The notes under the pieces are model-generated. The model had not been told where the DNA came from. It did not search any database and saw nothing but the letters and a program-made list of their open reading frames with translations. This document shows, piece after piece, positions 11,240-25,398 of a stretch of DNA of 64,000 bases. The position numbers were made by a program, and so were the translations under genes. Every line of letters begins with the position of its first letter. Position 1 is the first letter of the stretch. Source of the stretch: Escherichia coli (GTDB taxonomy: Bacteria; Pseudomonadota; Gammaproteobacteria; Enterobacterales; Enterobacteriaceae); assembly GCF_003334305.1 (NCBI RefSeq), contig NZ_QOWS01000013.1; one strand, given 5' to 3'.

Positions 11240-12124
11240 TTACTTTGCAATGAGATCGGGGTCAACTTCGCTTAACCGGCTTCGTTTTGACAGGTTGCCG
11301 GTCTTTCTTTTTTTCACTTTCGTCAGTTCTTCCGCAGAGTAATGCGACGCGACATCCAGCCGTCGAAGCCCCATTTTGATGTACTCGCTGTTGATCTCAA
11401 TACCAATGAATTTTCGCCCGCTGGAGACGGCTACGGCACCGGTAGTAAAGCTACCGGCAAACGGGTCGAGAACGATATCGCCTGGGTTGGAAGAGGCGAG
11501 AATAATGCGTTTCAGTAAGGCTTCCGGTTTTTGCGTCGGGTGGTTCTCATATTCATCCATCAAATAACGCACGCGCGGAAAATCCCAGACGTTACCCGGT
11601 ACTTTTTGATGATTGTATGGCTGTGGAGGATTTTTGCGATAATCGATCAACGCGCGCTGCGATCCGGTTTTGGCTTCTACCAGAATAGCATCACCGTTGA
11701 ATGTGTAGTTCTTTGCGTCTTTCACCATCATCAGGATGGGTTCGTACATGGAGCCGTAGTGTTTTTTCGCCTGTACTCCAGAACTGTCATATGACCAGAC
11801 GATGCGACTTTTGATGGTAAAAAGCTTGCGGCACTGGAGATCGATAAAGGGCATGTTTTCCGTGCTGTTCATGATGTACATGCTGCCCTGCTTTTTCAGA
11901 ACGCGGTGGCACTCTGCAATCACTTCAAACAGCCAGTCGATAAACAGATCTTCTTTCCAGGCTTCGATCAGACCATCAAAATTTTTACCGATGTTATATG
12001 GTGGGTCGGCAAAGATCAGATCGACACTTTCGGCGGGGATCTTTTTAAGTTCGGCAAGCGCATCACCGTGAATAATGGTCTTAGCTTCATTACCAAACCG
12101 GGTCGGTTCACATCCTGTTCTCAT
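11240..12124 (-). CDS. yhdJ: DNA adenine (N6) methyltransferase
   Basis: ORF contains the DPPY motif (…VDLIFADPPYNIGK…) characteristic of N6-adenine/N4-cytosine MTases; immediately downstream of fis. Confidence 0.92.
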   Translation of the reverse strand: MRTGCEPTRFGNEAKTIIHGDALAELKKIPAESVDLIFADPPYNIGKNFDGLIEAWKEDLFIDWLFEVIAECHRVLKKQGSMYIMNSTENMPFIDLQCRKLFTIKSRIVWSYDSSGVQAKKHYGSMYEPILMMVKDAKNYTFNGDAILVEAKTGSQRALIDYRKNPPQPYNHQKVPGNVWDFPRVRYLMDEYENHPTQKPEALLKRIILASSNPGDIVLDPFAGSFTTGAVAVSSGRKFIGIEINSEYIKMGLRRLDVASHYSAEELTKVKKRKTGNLSKRSRLSEVDPDLIAK

Positions 12125-12147
12125 GGTCACTCCCTTTGTGACACCTA

Positions 12148-12187
12148 TAAAAAAGGCGCTTCCCCATGCCGAGTAGCGCCTTTTTAA
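12148..12187 (-). terminator. Rho-independent terminator 3' of fis
   Basis: Hairpin AAGGCGCTTCCCCATGCCGAGTAGCGCCTT flanked by A/T runs just 3' of the fis stop. Confidence 0.75.
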
Positions 12188-12209
12188 TCAAGCATTTAGC
12201 TAACCTGAA

Positions 12210-12506
12210 TTAGTTCATGCCGTATTTTTTCAATTTTTTACGCAGCGTACCACGGTTGATGCCCATCATCAGCGCAGCACGGGTCTGGTTACCACGGGTG
12301 TATTGCATCACCATGTCCAACAGGGGCTGTTCTACTTCAGCCAGTACCAGCTCATAGAGGTCATTCACATCCTGACCATTCAGTTGAGCAAAATAGTTCT
12401 TCAGTGCCTGTTTAACCGAGTCACGCAGGGGTTTTTGGGTTACCTGATCCTGAGAGTTAACGGTAGAAACGGTCAGTACGTCAGAATTTACGCGTTGTTC
12501 GAACAT
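12210..12506 (-). CDS. fis: Nucleoid-associated protein Fis
   Basis: 98-aa translation [98 protein letters not shown] is Fis. Confidence 0.99.
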
Positions 12507-12531
12507 AGTTCTGTCAGCTCTTTATTTCTGT

Positions 12532-13497
12532 TTACGCAAAATTTTCGAAGTATGCCTCCAACGCCTCCAGCTGTTCGCTGGCATCCTCAATGGCGTTGAA
12601 TGTGCGCCGAAACTGGTCATTTGGAGCGTGTTCCTGGAGATACCAGGAAACGTGTTTACGTGCAATTCGGTACCCTTTTGCCGGACCATAAAAGTCATGC
12701 AGTTCCCGAACGTGCGCGCAAAGCAAGCGCTTAACCTCTGCCAAAGGCAGCGGGGGCAGCAACTCCCCAGTGTCCAGATAATGCTGGATTTCCCGAAAGA
12801 TCCAGGGTCTTCCCTGAGCTGCGCGGCCTATCATCAGGGCATCCGCCCCTGTATAGTCGAGCACAGCTCTGGCTTTAAGCGGGTCAGTAATGTCGCCATT
12901 CGCGATAACCGGAATGGAAACTTTCTGCTTAACTGCCCGAATACTGTCGTACTCAGCTTCTCCATTGAACAAACAGGCGCGTGTACGGCCATGAATGGTC
13001 AGAGCCTGAATGCCACAGTCTTCAGCCAGTTGGGCAATCTCTTCGCAGTTACGGTGTTCCGGTGCCCAGCCGGTGCGAATCTTCAGGGTAACAGGAACGT
13101 CCACTGCATTGACGACCTCGGTAAGGATCGATTTAACGACATCCGGGTACTGCAAGAGGGCTGAACCTGCGAGCTTGCGATTCACTTTTTTAGCCGGGCA
13201 ACCCATATTGATATCAATAATCTGGGCACCGCTTTCCACGTTAATACGTGCTGCATCTGCCATTTCTTTCGGATCGCTACCAGCAATTTGCACGGTGCGA
13301 ATACCGGGTTCATCAATGTGCACCATCCGTAAACGAGATTTGTCGCTTTCCCAAACCTGTGGGTTAGAAGACATCATCTCGGATACTGTCAATCCGGCTC
13401 CCATCTCGTAGCACAACGTCCGAAAAGGTCTGTCTGTAATGCCAGCCATGGGCGCTGCGATCAGGCGATTTCTGAGCTGATATTGTCCGATGCGCAT
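12532..13497 (-). CDS. dusB: tRNA-dihydrouridine synthase B
   Basis: 321-aa [29 protein letters not shown]… Dus family TIM-barrel; co-transcribed upstream of fis. Confidence 0.96.
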   Translation of the reverse strand: MRIGQYQLRNRLIAAPMAGITDRPFRTLCYEMGAGLTVSEMMSSNPQVWESDKSRLRMVHIDEPGIRTVQIAGSDPKEMADAARINVESGAQIIDINMGCPAKKVNRKLAGSALLQYPDVVKSILTEVVNAVDVPVTLKIRTGWAPEHRNCEEIAQLAEDCGIQALTIHGRTRACLFNGEAEYDSIRAVKQKVSIPVIANGDITDPLKARAVLDYTGADALMIGRAAQGRPWIFREIQHYLDTGELLPPLPLAEVKRLLCAHVRELHDFYGPAKGYRIARKHVSWYLQEHAPNDQFRRTFNAIEDASEQLEALEAYFENFA

Positions 13498-13825
13498 GAG
13501 TTAAGAAATGACCATACTGTGACTGCAAGGCGGCGTATATTACGCATTTTTTGCACGAGATGAAAGGCCAAACTTTGACCAATCCTCTGAGATGGATCAA
13601 AGAATTGCATTTAAAATGAGCGTGGTGCGATAATTACTCATAAAAATCATCATATTAGAAAATAGTGACTAAAATTTACACTCAAAGAAATTTGAGTAAG
13701 TTCTCAATTTTTCTTTATGAATGAAAATTTTGGCACGCAAATTTGCGTAAATAACCGGCAAATTTACGTGCCTTTTGTGAGCTTGCTCGCACTTCGCCCC
13801 GCGTCACCCTACGGCGATGCGAAGG

Positions 13826-14707
13826 TTAATTCTTACGACCGGTAATACGGCACCACTCTTCTTTTTCCACGACCGGGTCCAGTGCGAAGCTATCGGCATA
13901 AGCTTCACAAACGCTCTCTGCCTGGCTTGCCAGAATACCGGAAAGGCCCAGCAAACCGCCTGAAACCGGCAGGACGCTGATTAACGGTGCCAGTTCACGT
14001 AATGGGCCTGCAAGGATGTTAGCGACCACCACGTCGGCTTTCATTTCTTCTGGCTGATCTTTCGGTAAGTAGAGTTCCAGACGGTCAGAAACGCCATTAC
14101 GTTCGGCGTTGTCGCGGCTGGCCTGAATCGCCTGCGGATCGATATCAATACCAATGGCTTTTGCTGCACCCAGTTTCAGCGCCGCGATCGCCAGAATGCC
14201 GGAACCACAGCCAAAGTCGATGACTGTTTTACCGGTTAAATCGAGGCTGTCGAGCCATTGCAGGCACAGAGAGGTGGTTGGATGGGTACCCGTACCAAAC
14301 GCCAGCCCTGGATCTAACATCACGTTGACGGCGTTTTCGTCCGGCACATCACGCCAGCTAGGGCAGATCCACAGTCGTTCACCAAAGCGCATCGGGTGGA
14401 AATTATCCATCCATTCGCGCTCCCAGTCTTTATCTTCTAGTTGTTCGATTTTATGCGCGAAGCCTGCGCCGAGCAGCGGATGGTTTTCCAGAATCGCCAC
14501 CACGTCGTTCATATCGGTTTCAGCGTCGAACAGACCAATCACATCGGTGTCGCCCCACAGGCGCGTTTCGCCCGGCAGCGGCTCAAATACTGGCGTATCG
14601 TGGGTATCCTGAAAAGTGATAGAAACGGCACCCGCTTCCATCAGCGCATCGCTAAGATCTTCCGCGTTCGCGCCGGTGGTGTTCAGTTTCAGTTGGATCC
14701 AAGGCAT
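13826..14707 (-). CDS. prmA: Ribosomal protein L11 methyltransferase
   Basis: 293-aa ORF with SAM-binding motif (…[20 protein letters not shown]…); between panF and dusB. Confidence 0.95.
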
Positions 14708-14718
14708 GGCAAAACTCT

Positions 14719-16170
14719 TTATTTATCAGTAGTCAAAACGGTAGCTTGCGGGACGGATGTACCGAAACGGTTTCCGACCAGGAAAGCCAGCAAACTTAGT
14801 AGTAACGAGGGCACAATAGGGTGGAAGCCCAGGTACTGAATATTCAGCGTCGCGAGTACGGCATACAGCACGCCGCCAACGATCATCGCACTTAGCGCGC
14901 CTTTGGCGTTGGCGCGTTCCCAGTAAAGACCCAGCACCAGCGGCCACAGGAAAACGGCTTCCAGCCCACCGAAGGCCAGCAAATTCAGCCAGATGATCAT
15001 TTCTGGCGGCTTCCAGGCGGCAAGCAGCAGCAACGCGCCGAGAACTAACGTAATTACCGCCGACATCCGCTTCAGACGCGTCTCGTTTTGCATTTGATCC
15101 GGACGGATATTCAGATAGAGATCTTTAATGATCGTAGCGGAACTTTGCAGCAGTTGGGCGTTAATTGTCGACATGATCGCAGCCATAGGTGCAGCCAGAA
15201 AGATCCCGGCAGCAAAAGGTGGCAGCACTTTTACCATTAACGTCGGGATCACCAGATCCGGTACGGTGAGATCGGGGATCACTGCACGACCTAACGCTCC
15301 GGCCAGGTGCATACCGAACATCAGGATTGCGACTACAATCGTACCGATGATGATCCCCCGGTGTACTGCTTTGCTGTCTTTATAAGAGATACAGCGCACC
15401 GCAGTATGCGGCAGGCCAATCACGCCAAAGCACACCAGTACCCAGAACGACGTCATAAAGGCAGGCGACAGAATATCGTCAGCGCCTTGTGGCGTAACCA
15501 GTTGCGGATCGATGGTTTGCAAGGTCTGTACTGCGTTGCTTAAGCCGCCAGCGGCATGTACCACGCCAATAAGCAGCACAACGGTGCCAATCAGCATCAC
15601 AAGCCCTTGCATGGTGTCGTTCAGCACGCTGGCGCGAAAGCCACCAAAGGCGGTATATAACGCAATGCTGATACCAAAAATCAGCAGCCCGGTTTCATAA
15701 GGAATACCCGCCGCGGTTTCCAGCAGGCGCGCACCGCCGATAAACTGCACGGTCATCGCACCAACGAACGCAACCAGCAAACTCAAACTCGCCAGCCACA
15801 CCAGAAGACGACTCTGGTAGCGGGCAAACAGCATATCGTTCAGCGTCACTGCATTGTAGCGGCGCGCAAGAATCGCAAACTTCTTGCCGAGAATACCGAG
15901 TGAAAGCCAGACTGCAGGAAGCTGAATCATCGCCAGCAATACCCAGCCCAGGCCGTATTTATAAGCAGCTCCTGGCCCGCCGATAAACGAACTGGCACTG
16001 ATATAGGTCGCGGTGAGCGTCATCGCCAGCACAATACCGCCCATAGAGCGGCTGCCGAGGAAATACTCATTAAGGAAGGTGCCGGTGCTCCGTTTACGCA
16101 TCGCATAAACAGAGATACCGAACACCACCACCAGATAGGCGACCAGCGGTAGAATTACTTCAAGCTGCAT
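14719..16170 (-). CDS. panF: Sodium/pantothenate symporter
   Basis: Polytopic SSS-family transporter ORF; start set at [13 protein letters not shown]… (track ORF two codons longer). Confidence 0.94.
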
Positions 16171-16402
16171 CGTCATCCTCCAGTGGGATATCGCGATAGA
16201 TAAATTTCACCATCGCCCAGCACAGTCCAATAAACAGTAGCGGCGTCAGGATGCAGGCCATCTCAAACCAGCGCGGAAAGCCGGTAAAACCGGGGGCAAC
16301 GCCAGGTAAGTAAGCGGCTACTAACCAAACTGCCAGATACAAAAGGGTCAGCCCCAGCGCCCAGCGCGCCTCTTTATGGGCCTGAACAAAACGAGTGTCC
16401 AT
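16160..16402 (-). CDS. yhdT: Small inner-membrane protein (DUF997)
   Basis: 80-aa two-TM ORF overlapping the panF start, downstream of accC. Confidence 0.85.
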   Translation of the reverse strand: MDTRFVQAHKEARWALGLTLLYLAVWLVAAYLPGVAPGFTGFPRWFEMACILTPLLFIGLCWAMVKFIYRDIPLEDDDAA

Positions 16403-16468
16403 TTTTTGTCCCTGATGGGTGAAGAAAGCGAGGATTGTACCTTATGGGGGTTGTCGATCCCCAGTAAT

Positions 16469-16500
16469 AAAAAAGGCCGGAAAATCCGGCCTTTTGACGC
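16469..16500 (-). terminator. Hairpin terminator/attenuator 3' of accC
   Basis: Hairpin GGCCGGATTTTCCGGCC followed by a T-run when read on the minus strand, just 3' of the accC stop. Confidence 0.6.
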
Positions 16501-16510
16501 TTTTGCAGTC

Positions 16511-17860
16511 TTATTTTTCCTGAAGACCGAGTTTTTTCTCCAGATAGTGGATGTTAGTGCCACCATGCTGGAAGTTCTCGTCATTCATGATGCGGATCTG
16601 CAGATCAACGTTGGTTTTGATACCGTCGATGATCAGCTCCTGCAGCGCATTCTTCATGCGAGCAATCGCCACGTCACGGTTTTCACCGTAGCAAATCAGC
16701 TTACCGATCATTGAGTCATAGTACGGCGGTACGGTGTAGCCCGCGTAGATATGAGACTCCCAACGCACTCCAAAACCGCCAGGTGCGTGGAAACGGGTGA
16801 TTTTGCCTGGGCTTGGCAGGAAGGTGTTCGGATCTTCGGCGTTGATACGACATTCCACCGCATGGCCGCGAACGTGAACTTCTTCTTGCTTGATCGACAG
16901 CGGTTGACCGGCAGCGATACGCAGCTGTTCTTTGATCAGGTCAACGCCGGTGATCATTTCTGTAACCGGGTGTTCTACCTGAATACGGGTGTTCATTTCG
17001 ATGAAATAGAACTCGCCGTTTTCGAACAGGAACTCGAAAGTACCTGCACCGCGATAGCCGATATCAACACACGCTTTAGCACAACGTTCGCCGATGTAGC
17101 GACGCAGTTCCGGTGTAATTCCCGGTGCTGGTGCTTCTTCGACCACTTTCTGGTGACGACGCTGCATAGAGCAGTCACGTTCCGCCAGATAGATAGCGTT
17201 GCCCTGACCGTCAGCCAGTACCTGAATCTCGACGTGGCGAGGATTTTCCAGGTATTTCTCCATGTAAACCATATCGTTATTGAATGCGGCTTTCGCTTCC
17301 GCACGGGTCATGGAGATGGATTGTGCCAGTTCAGCGTCGCCGCGCACTACACGCATACCACGACCGCCGCCGCCGCCGGAGGCTTTGATAATCACCGGAT
17401 AACCTATGCGTTTAGCAATGGCACGGTTTTTATCCATATCGTCGCCCAGCGGGCCGTCAGAACCTGGTACGCAAGGAACGCCCGCTTTTTTCATCGCCGC
17501 GATTGCCGACACTTTGTCACCCATCAGGCGAATAGTGTCTGCTTTCGGGCCAATGAAGATAAAGCCGGAGCGTTCAACCTGCTCGGCAAAGTTGGCGTTC
17601 TCGGAGAGGAAGCCGTAACCCGGATGGATTGCTACTGCGCCGGTGATTTCAGCGGCGCTTATGATTGCCGGGATGTTCAGATAACTTTTTACTGACGGAG
17701 CAGGGCCAATACAGACCGTTTCATCTGCCAGTAATACGTGTTTTAGATCGCGATCCGCGCTGGAGTGCACAGCGACAGTCTTGATGCCCAGTTCTTTACA
17801 GGCACGAAGAATACGCAATGCAATCTCGCCGCGGTTGGCAATAACAATTTTATCCAGCAT
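16511..17860 (-). CDS. accC: Biotin carboxylase subunit of acetyl-CoA carboxylase
   Basis: ATP-grasp biotin carboxylase; start set at [33 protein letters not shown]… (track ORF extended by 13 codons). Confidence 0.97.
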   Translation of the reverse strand: MLDKIVIANRGEIALRILRACKELGIKTVAVHSSADRDLKHVLLADETVCIGPAPSVKSYLNIPAIISAAEITGAVAIHPGYGFLSENANFAEQVERSGFIFIGPKADTIRLMGDKVSAIAAMKKAGVPCVPGSDGPLGDDMDKNRAIAKRIGYPVIIKASGGGGGRGMRVVRGDAELAQSISMTRAEAKAAFNNDMVYMEKYLENPRHVEIQVLADGQGNAIYLAERDCSMQRRHQKVVEEAPAPGITPELRRYIGERCAKACVDIGYRGAGTFEFLFENGEFYFIEMNTRIQVEHPVTEMITGVDLIKEQLRIAAGQPLSIKQEEVHVRGHAVECRINAEDPNTFLPSPGKITRFHAPGGFGVRWESHIYAGYTVPPYYDSMIGKLICYGENRDVAIARMKNALQELIIDGIKTNVDLQIRIMNDENFQHGGTNIHYLEKKLGLQEK

Positions 17861-17870
17861 GTTCGCCTCG

Positions 17871-18341
17871 TTACTCGATGACGACCAGCGGCTCGTCAAA
17901 TTCTACCGGTTGTCCACTTTCGACCAGAATTGCTTTCACGGTACCGGATTTGTCCGCTTCGATCTGGTTCATCATTTTCATGGCTTCAACGATGCACAGG
18001 GTATCGCCCACGTTGACTTTCTGACCCACTTCGATGAACGCTTTTGCGTCCGGGCTTGGGGTGCGGTAGAAAGTACCAACCATCGGGGAGCGTACGATGT
18101 GACCACTGATTTCCGCTGCTGCTGGCGCTTCCATGGAAGGAACGGTCGCCGGAGCGGCTGCGTTAGATTGAGCTGGCTGCTGCATCATTGGTGCAGCGTA
18201 AGCTTGTTGCATCACAGGGAAACTTGCGGCAGGAGCTGCACGGCTGATGCGTACTGACTCTTCGCCTTCGGAGATTTCCAGTTCGGAGATGCCTGATTCT
18301 TCAACCAGCTCGATCAGTTTTTTAATCTTACGAATATCCAT
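17871..18341 (-). CDS. accB: Biotin carboxyl carrier protein
   Basis: 156-aa ORF with Ala/Pro-rich linker and biotinylation motif [10 protein letters not shown]. Confidence 0.98.
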
Positions 18342-19318
18342 GAGTGGGTTCCGTACTCTTTGTTTAGTGTGATTGTGACAGGCGTTTCACCGCCGTCTGT
18401 AAAGCGTATGCCCCGACAGCTGTATGCATAGCGATAAATTCCAGCAGGCCGGGACGCCGGTCTATTTTGCCCCAGAGTGTCAATGTTAGACTTGACGGAC
18501 ATTGTGCAGCGATCTGCTGCTATCCTCCGGCAAAAAACAAAATATACCTTCGTTGCGCCAATGTCACCTTTTCCGCAGCGCAAAAACTGCGTCAGGGAGG
18601 ACGAGGTCGCACATTATAACGATTTCGTAGCAATTGGCAGCTAAATACTGGTCTTATCAGGGAAGATAATCAACAGCTAACATGTAAATAACCTTCAACA
18701 CCGTGTAATTTGCAACAAGCCGCACAATTCACGAAATTAGCGCCATCATCGACGGAACTTCTTATAACGTAAGGTGAAAAGCTGAAAAGCCAGCCCTGCG
18801 AAGATGAGGGGCTGCAATGAGATAATCTTCACAGACCACAAATAATGTAGGGATGCCAGGATCGCGACAAGATAGACGACATTACGCAGCGGTTGCTGGG
18901 GATTACCCAATTTTCACTGCATCGTCTGGATAGATGTGAATGCTAAAGCACGCAAAATCAACCGACTGACAATTCTCAGCATTAAATAGGTTCGAGTGGT
19001 TAATTTGTAGTCAAATAAAATCAGATTATTCACCCCATGGGACCAGAAATCAGTAACAGGTTAAGCGTAGTGTCGCCCAGGCAAAGCACCATAAACCTAA
19101 CAGGCGACGGAGGCATATCAATAATGGCTGTTTAGAGGAGTATCAATGCGCATCAATTTGTGGTCAGTCGAAATCATGACTTTCCAGTTTGGATGATGTT
19201 GTACAACTTCCTGACCAAGGTGTTCGACGAAAGCTGTCCGGCTAACCGCTTTTCCCGTTAACCGATTGAATAATGATGTCAAAATGAGTTCCCTCTCTTA
19301 TTATTCCTTGCTAAATGG

Positions 19319-20293
19319 TTAGTTAACCTTCACCAGCGTGCGACCCTGGATCTGGTTATTAATGATGGCCTCGGCAAAGTTCGGTGCCTCTGACAGAGAT
19401 ATCTCTTTTGCCGCCTGGGTATAGAATGATTCCGGTAAATCGGCGACCAGTCGCTGCCAGGCTTGTGCGCGGCGTTCTGGTGGCGTCATTACTGAATCCA
19501 CCCCTTGCAAACGGACATTACGCAGAATAAATGGCATGACCGTGGTTGGCAGAGTAAAACCACCCGCCAGACCACAGGCCGCCACGCAGCCGCCGTAATT
19601 CATTTGCGCCAGCACTTTTGCCAGCACTTTGTCGCCAACAGTGTCAATTGCCCCAGCCCAGACTTGTTTTTCCAGAGGACGGGATTCGGCAAACTCATCA
19701 CGAGGGAGAATACGACTGGCACCTAAACTTTTCAGATATTCATGGGTACTTTCGCGACCGGAAACGGCAACGACCTGATAACCCAACTTATGCAGCAGCG
19801 CCACGGCGGTACTGCCGACGCCACCACTGGCACCCGTCACGACAATCTCCCCGTCCTGCGGGCGAACACCGGCATCTTCCAGCGCCATCACACACAGCAT
19901 GGCGGTAAAACCGGCAGTACCGATAATCATTGCTTTACGCGCGTCCAGCCCTTGCGGCATGGCAACCAGCCAGTCACCTTTCACTCGCGCCTGCTCCGCC
20001 AGCCCACCCCAGTGGTTTTCACCAACGCCCCAGCCAGTGAGTAACACCTCCTGACCGGCATGAAAACGCGGATCTTCGCTGGTGCGTACAGTTCCGGCAA
20101 AATCGATCCCAGGAATCATCGGAAAATTACGGATGATTTTTCCCTTACCGGTAATCGCCAGCGCATCTTTATAGTTCAGGCTCGACCAGTGAACATCAAC
20201 CGTGACATCGCCCTCCGGCAGGCGACTTTCGTCAAGTGTCTGTACCGATGCGAGAGTTTTGCCGTCCTGCTGTTCTAAAAGTAACGCCTGCAT
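19319..20293 (-). CDS. acuI: Acrylyl-CoA reductase / zinc-independent MDR-family oxidoreductase
   Basis: 324-aa ORF, medium-chain dehydrogenase/reductase fold with NAD(P)-binding glycine motif (VVTGASGGVGS); conserved position between accB and csrD (formerly yhdH). Confidence 0.92.
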   Translation of the reverse strand: MQALLLEQQDGKTLASVQTLDESRLPEGDVTVDVHWSSLNYKDALAITGKGKIIRNFPMIPGIDFAGTVRTSEDPRFHAGQEVLLTGWGVGENHWGGLAEQARVKGDWLVAMPQGLDARKAMIIGTAGFTAMLCVMALEDAGVRPQDGEIVVTGASGGVGSTAVALLHKLGYQVVAVSGRESTHEYLKSLGASRILPRDEFAESRPLEKQVWAGAIDTVGDKVLAKVLAQMNYGGCVAACGLAGGFTLPTTVMPFILRNVRLQGVDSVMTPPERRAQAWQRLVADLPESFYTQAAKEISLSEAPNFAEAIINNQIQGRTLVKVN

Positions 20294-20444
20294 AAGTGGT
20301 CCTCATGTGCATGATGGATTGGAAAATAATTTCTGAAGACTATACTCGCTAATGGAAAAGCAAAGCCGATGAAGCGCAATAAATTGCGAGATAAATCTGA
20401 TTTGCTAGTATGCCCGCTTCCTCACTATCGGAGTTAACACAAGG

Positions 20445-22385
20445 ATGAGATTAACGACGAAATTTTCGGCCTTTGTTACGCTGCTCACCGGGTTAACAAT
20501 TTTTGTGACTTTGCTGGGCTGTTCGCTAAGTTTCTACAACGCAATTCAGTATAAGTTTAGTCATCGCGTTCAGGCGGTGGCGACGGCGATTGATACCCAC
20601 CTTGTGTCGAATGACTTCAGCACATTAAGGCCACAAATTACCGAATTAATGATGTCGGCAGATATCGTTCGTGTAGACCTGCTCCATGGTGATAAACAGG
20701 TTTATACCCTGGCCAGAAATGGTAGTTATCGTCCGGTTGGCTCCAGCGATCTGTTTCGCGAACTGAGTGTTCCGTTGATAAAGCATCCGGGGATGTCGCT
20801 GCGTCTGGTTTATCAGGATCCGATGGGCAACTATTTCCATTCTTTAATGACTACCGCGCCGCTCACGGGGGCGATTGGCTTTATCATTGTTATGCTCTTT
20901 CTGGCGGTACGCTGGTTACAACGGCAACTTGCCGGGCAAGAATTGCTGGAAACCCGGGCTACTCGTATCTTAAACGGTGAGCGTGGCTCTAATGTGTTGG
21001 GAACCATCTATGAATGGCCGCCCAGAACCAGCAGTGCGCTAGATACGCTGCTTCGTGAAATTCAGAACGCACGCGAACAACACAGCCGTCTTGATACGCT
21101 GATCCGCTCTTATGCCGCCCAGGACGTGAAAACCGGCCTCAATAACCGACTCTTTTTCGATAATCAGTTAGCAACGTTACTGGAAGATCAGGAGAAAGTA
21201 GGTACCCACGGGATCGTGATGATGATTCGTCTGCCGGATTTCAATATGTTGAGCGATACTTGGGGGCACAGCCAGGTTGAAGAACAGTTCTTCACTCTGA
21301 CGAATCTGCTGTCGACATTTATGATGCGCTACCCTGGCGCACTGCTGGCGCGTTACCACCGCAGTGATTTTGCTGCGCTGTTACCGCACCGGACGTTAAA
21401 AGAGGCAGAGAGCATCGCCGGTCAGTTAATCAAAGCCGTCGATACCTTGCCGAACAATAAAATGCTCGATCGCGACGATATGATCCACATTGGTATCTGC
21501 GCCTGGCGTAGTGGTCAGGATACCGAGCAGGTAATGGAACATGCAGAGTCTGCCACGCGTAATGCGGGATTGCAGGGCGGCAATAGCTGGGCTATTTACG
21601 ATGACTCGTTGCCTGAAAAAGGACGCGGTAATGTTCGCTGGCGTACGCTTATCGAGCAAATGCTCAGTCGCGGCGGCCCGCGCCTTTATCAAAAACCGGC
21701 GGTTACTCGCGAAGGTCAGGTTCATCATCGCGAACTCATGTGCCGCATCTTCGATGGTAATGAAGAGGTTAGCTCGGCGGAGTATATGCCGATGGTCTTG
21801 CAGTTTGGCTTATCGGAAGAGTATGACCGTCTGCAAATCAGCCGTCTTATTCCACTATTGCGTTACTGGCCAGAGGAAAATCTGGCGATTCAGGTTACCG
21901 TTGAGTCGCTGATTCGCCCGCGTTTTCAGCGTTGGCTGCGCGATACGTTAATGCAATGTGAAAAATCACAACGAAAACGCATAATTATTGAACTTGCAGA
22001 GGCCGATGTAGGTCAACATATCAGTCGTTTACAACCTGTTATTCGTTTAGTGAATGCTTTAGGGGTACGGGTAGCCGTCAACCAGGCTGGTTTGACGCTG
22101 GTAAGCACCAGTTGGATCAAAGAACTTAATGTTGAGTTACTCAAGCTCCATCCGGGGCTGGTCAGAAACATTGAGAAGCGAACGGAGAACCAGCTGCTGG
22201 TTCAAAGCCTGGTGGAAGCCTGCTCCGGGACCAGCACCCAAGTTTACGCCACCGGTGTGCGTTCGCGAAGCGAGTGGCAGACCCTGATTCAGCGCGGTGT
22301 TACAGGCGGGCAAGGGGATTTTTTCGCGTCCTCACAGCCACTTGATACTAACGTGAAAAAATATTCACAAAGATACTCGGTTTAA
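20445..22385 (+). CDS. csrD: CsrB/CsrC decay factor with degenerate GGDEF and EAL domains
   Basis: 646-aa ORF with N-terminal TM segments, HRSDF in place of GGDEF and ELM in place of EAL. Confidence 0.93.
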   Translation: MRLTTKFSAFVTLLTGLTIFVTLLGCSLSFYNAIQYKFSHRVQAVATAIDTHLVSNDFSTLRPQITELMMSADIVRVDLLHGDKQVYTLARNGSYRPVGSSDLFRELSVPLIKHPGMSLRLVYQDPMGNYFHSLMTTAPLTGAIGFIIVMLFLAVRWLQRQLAGQELLETRATRILNGERGSNVLGTIYEWPPRTSSALDTLLREIQNAREQHSRLDTLIRSYAAQDVKTGLNNRLFFDNQLATLLEDQEKVGTHGIVMMIRLPDFNMLSDTWGHSQVEEQFFTLTNLLSTFMMRYPGALLARYHRSDFAALLPHRTLKEAESIAGQLIKAVDTLPNNKMLDRDDMIHIGICAWRSGQDTEQVMEHAESATRNAGLQGGNSWAIYDDSLPEKGRGNVRWRTLIEQMLSRGGPRLYQKPAVTREGQVHHRELMCRIFDGNEEVSSAEYMPMVLQFGLSEEYDRLQISRLIPLLRYWPEENLAIQVTVESLIRPRFQRWLRDTLMQCEKSQRKRIIIELAEADVGQHISRLQPVIRLVNALGVRVAVNQAGLTLVSTSWIKELNVELLKLHPGLVRNIEKRTENQLLVQSLVEACSGTSTQVYATGVRSRSEWQTLIQRGVTGGQGDFFASSQPLDTNVKKYSQRYSV

Positions 22386-22563
22386 CCTGCCGTTTAATCT
22401 GTTTTCACGTAGAATAACGCGCGCTGCGTCTCATGGGAGTGTGCTTGTCTGCTCGCCAGATTGTTGCAGCACATATGCAGATGAATGACCTTACGCGGTT
22501 GCAAACAGGCGAGGAATGCTGCTGATGCATTTAGCCTTTCTGGACTCAGGCAGAGATTTGTAA

Positions 22564-23733
<1,170 letters not shown>

Positions 23734-23798
23734 TCGGATGCAGGCAGGGGAAATGTCTGTTTACCCTGCCTGGTCTGATACGAGAATACGCATAACTT

Positions 23799-25390
<1,592 letters not shown>

Positions 25391-25398
25391 AGGTTTCT

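Noticed and set aside
16751-17695. 314-aa ORF on the plus strand
   Set aside because: Fully antisense to accC, which is unambiguously coding; no RBS or recognisable domain, so a frame artefact.
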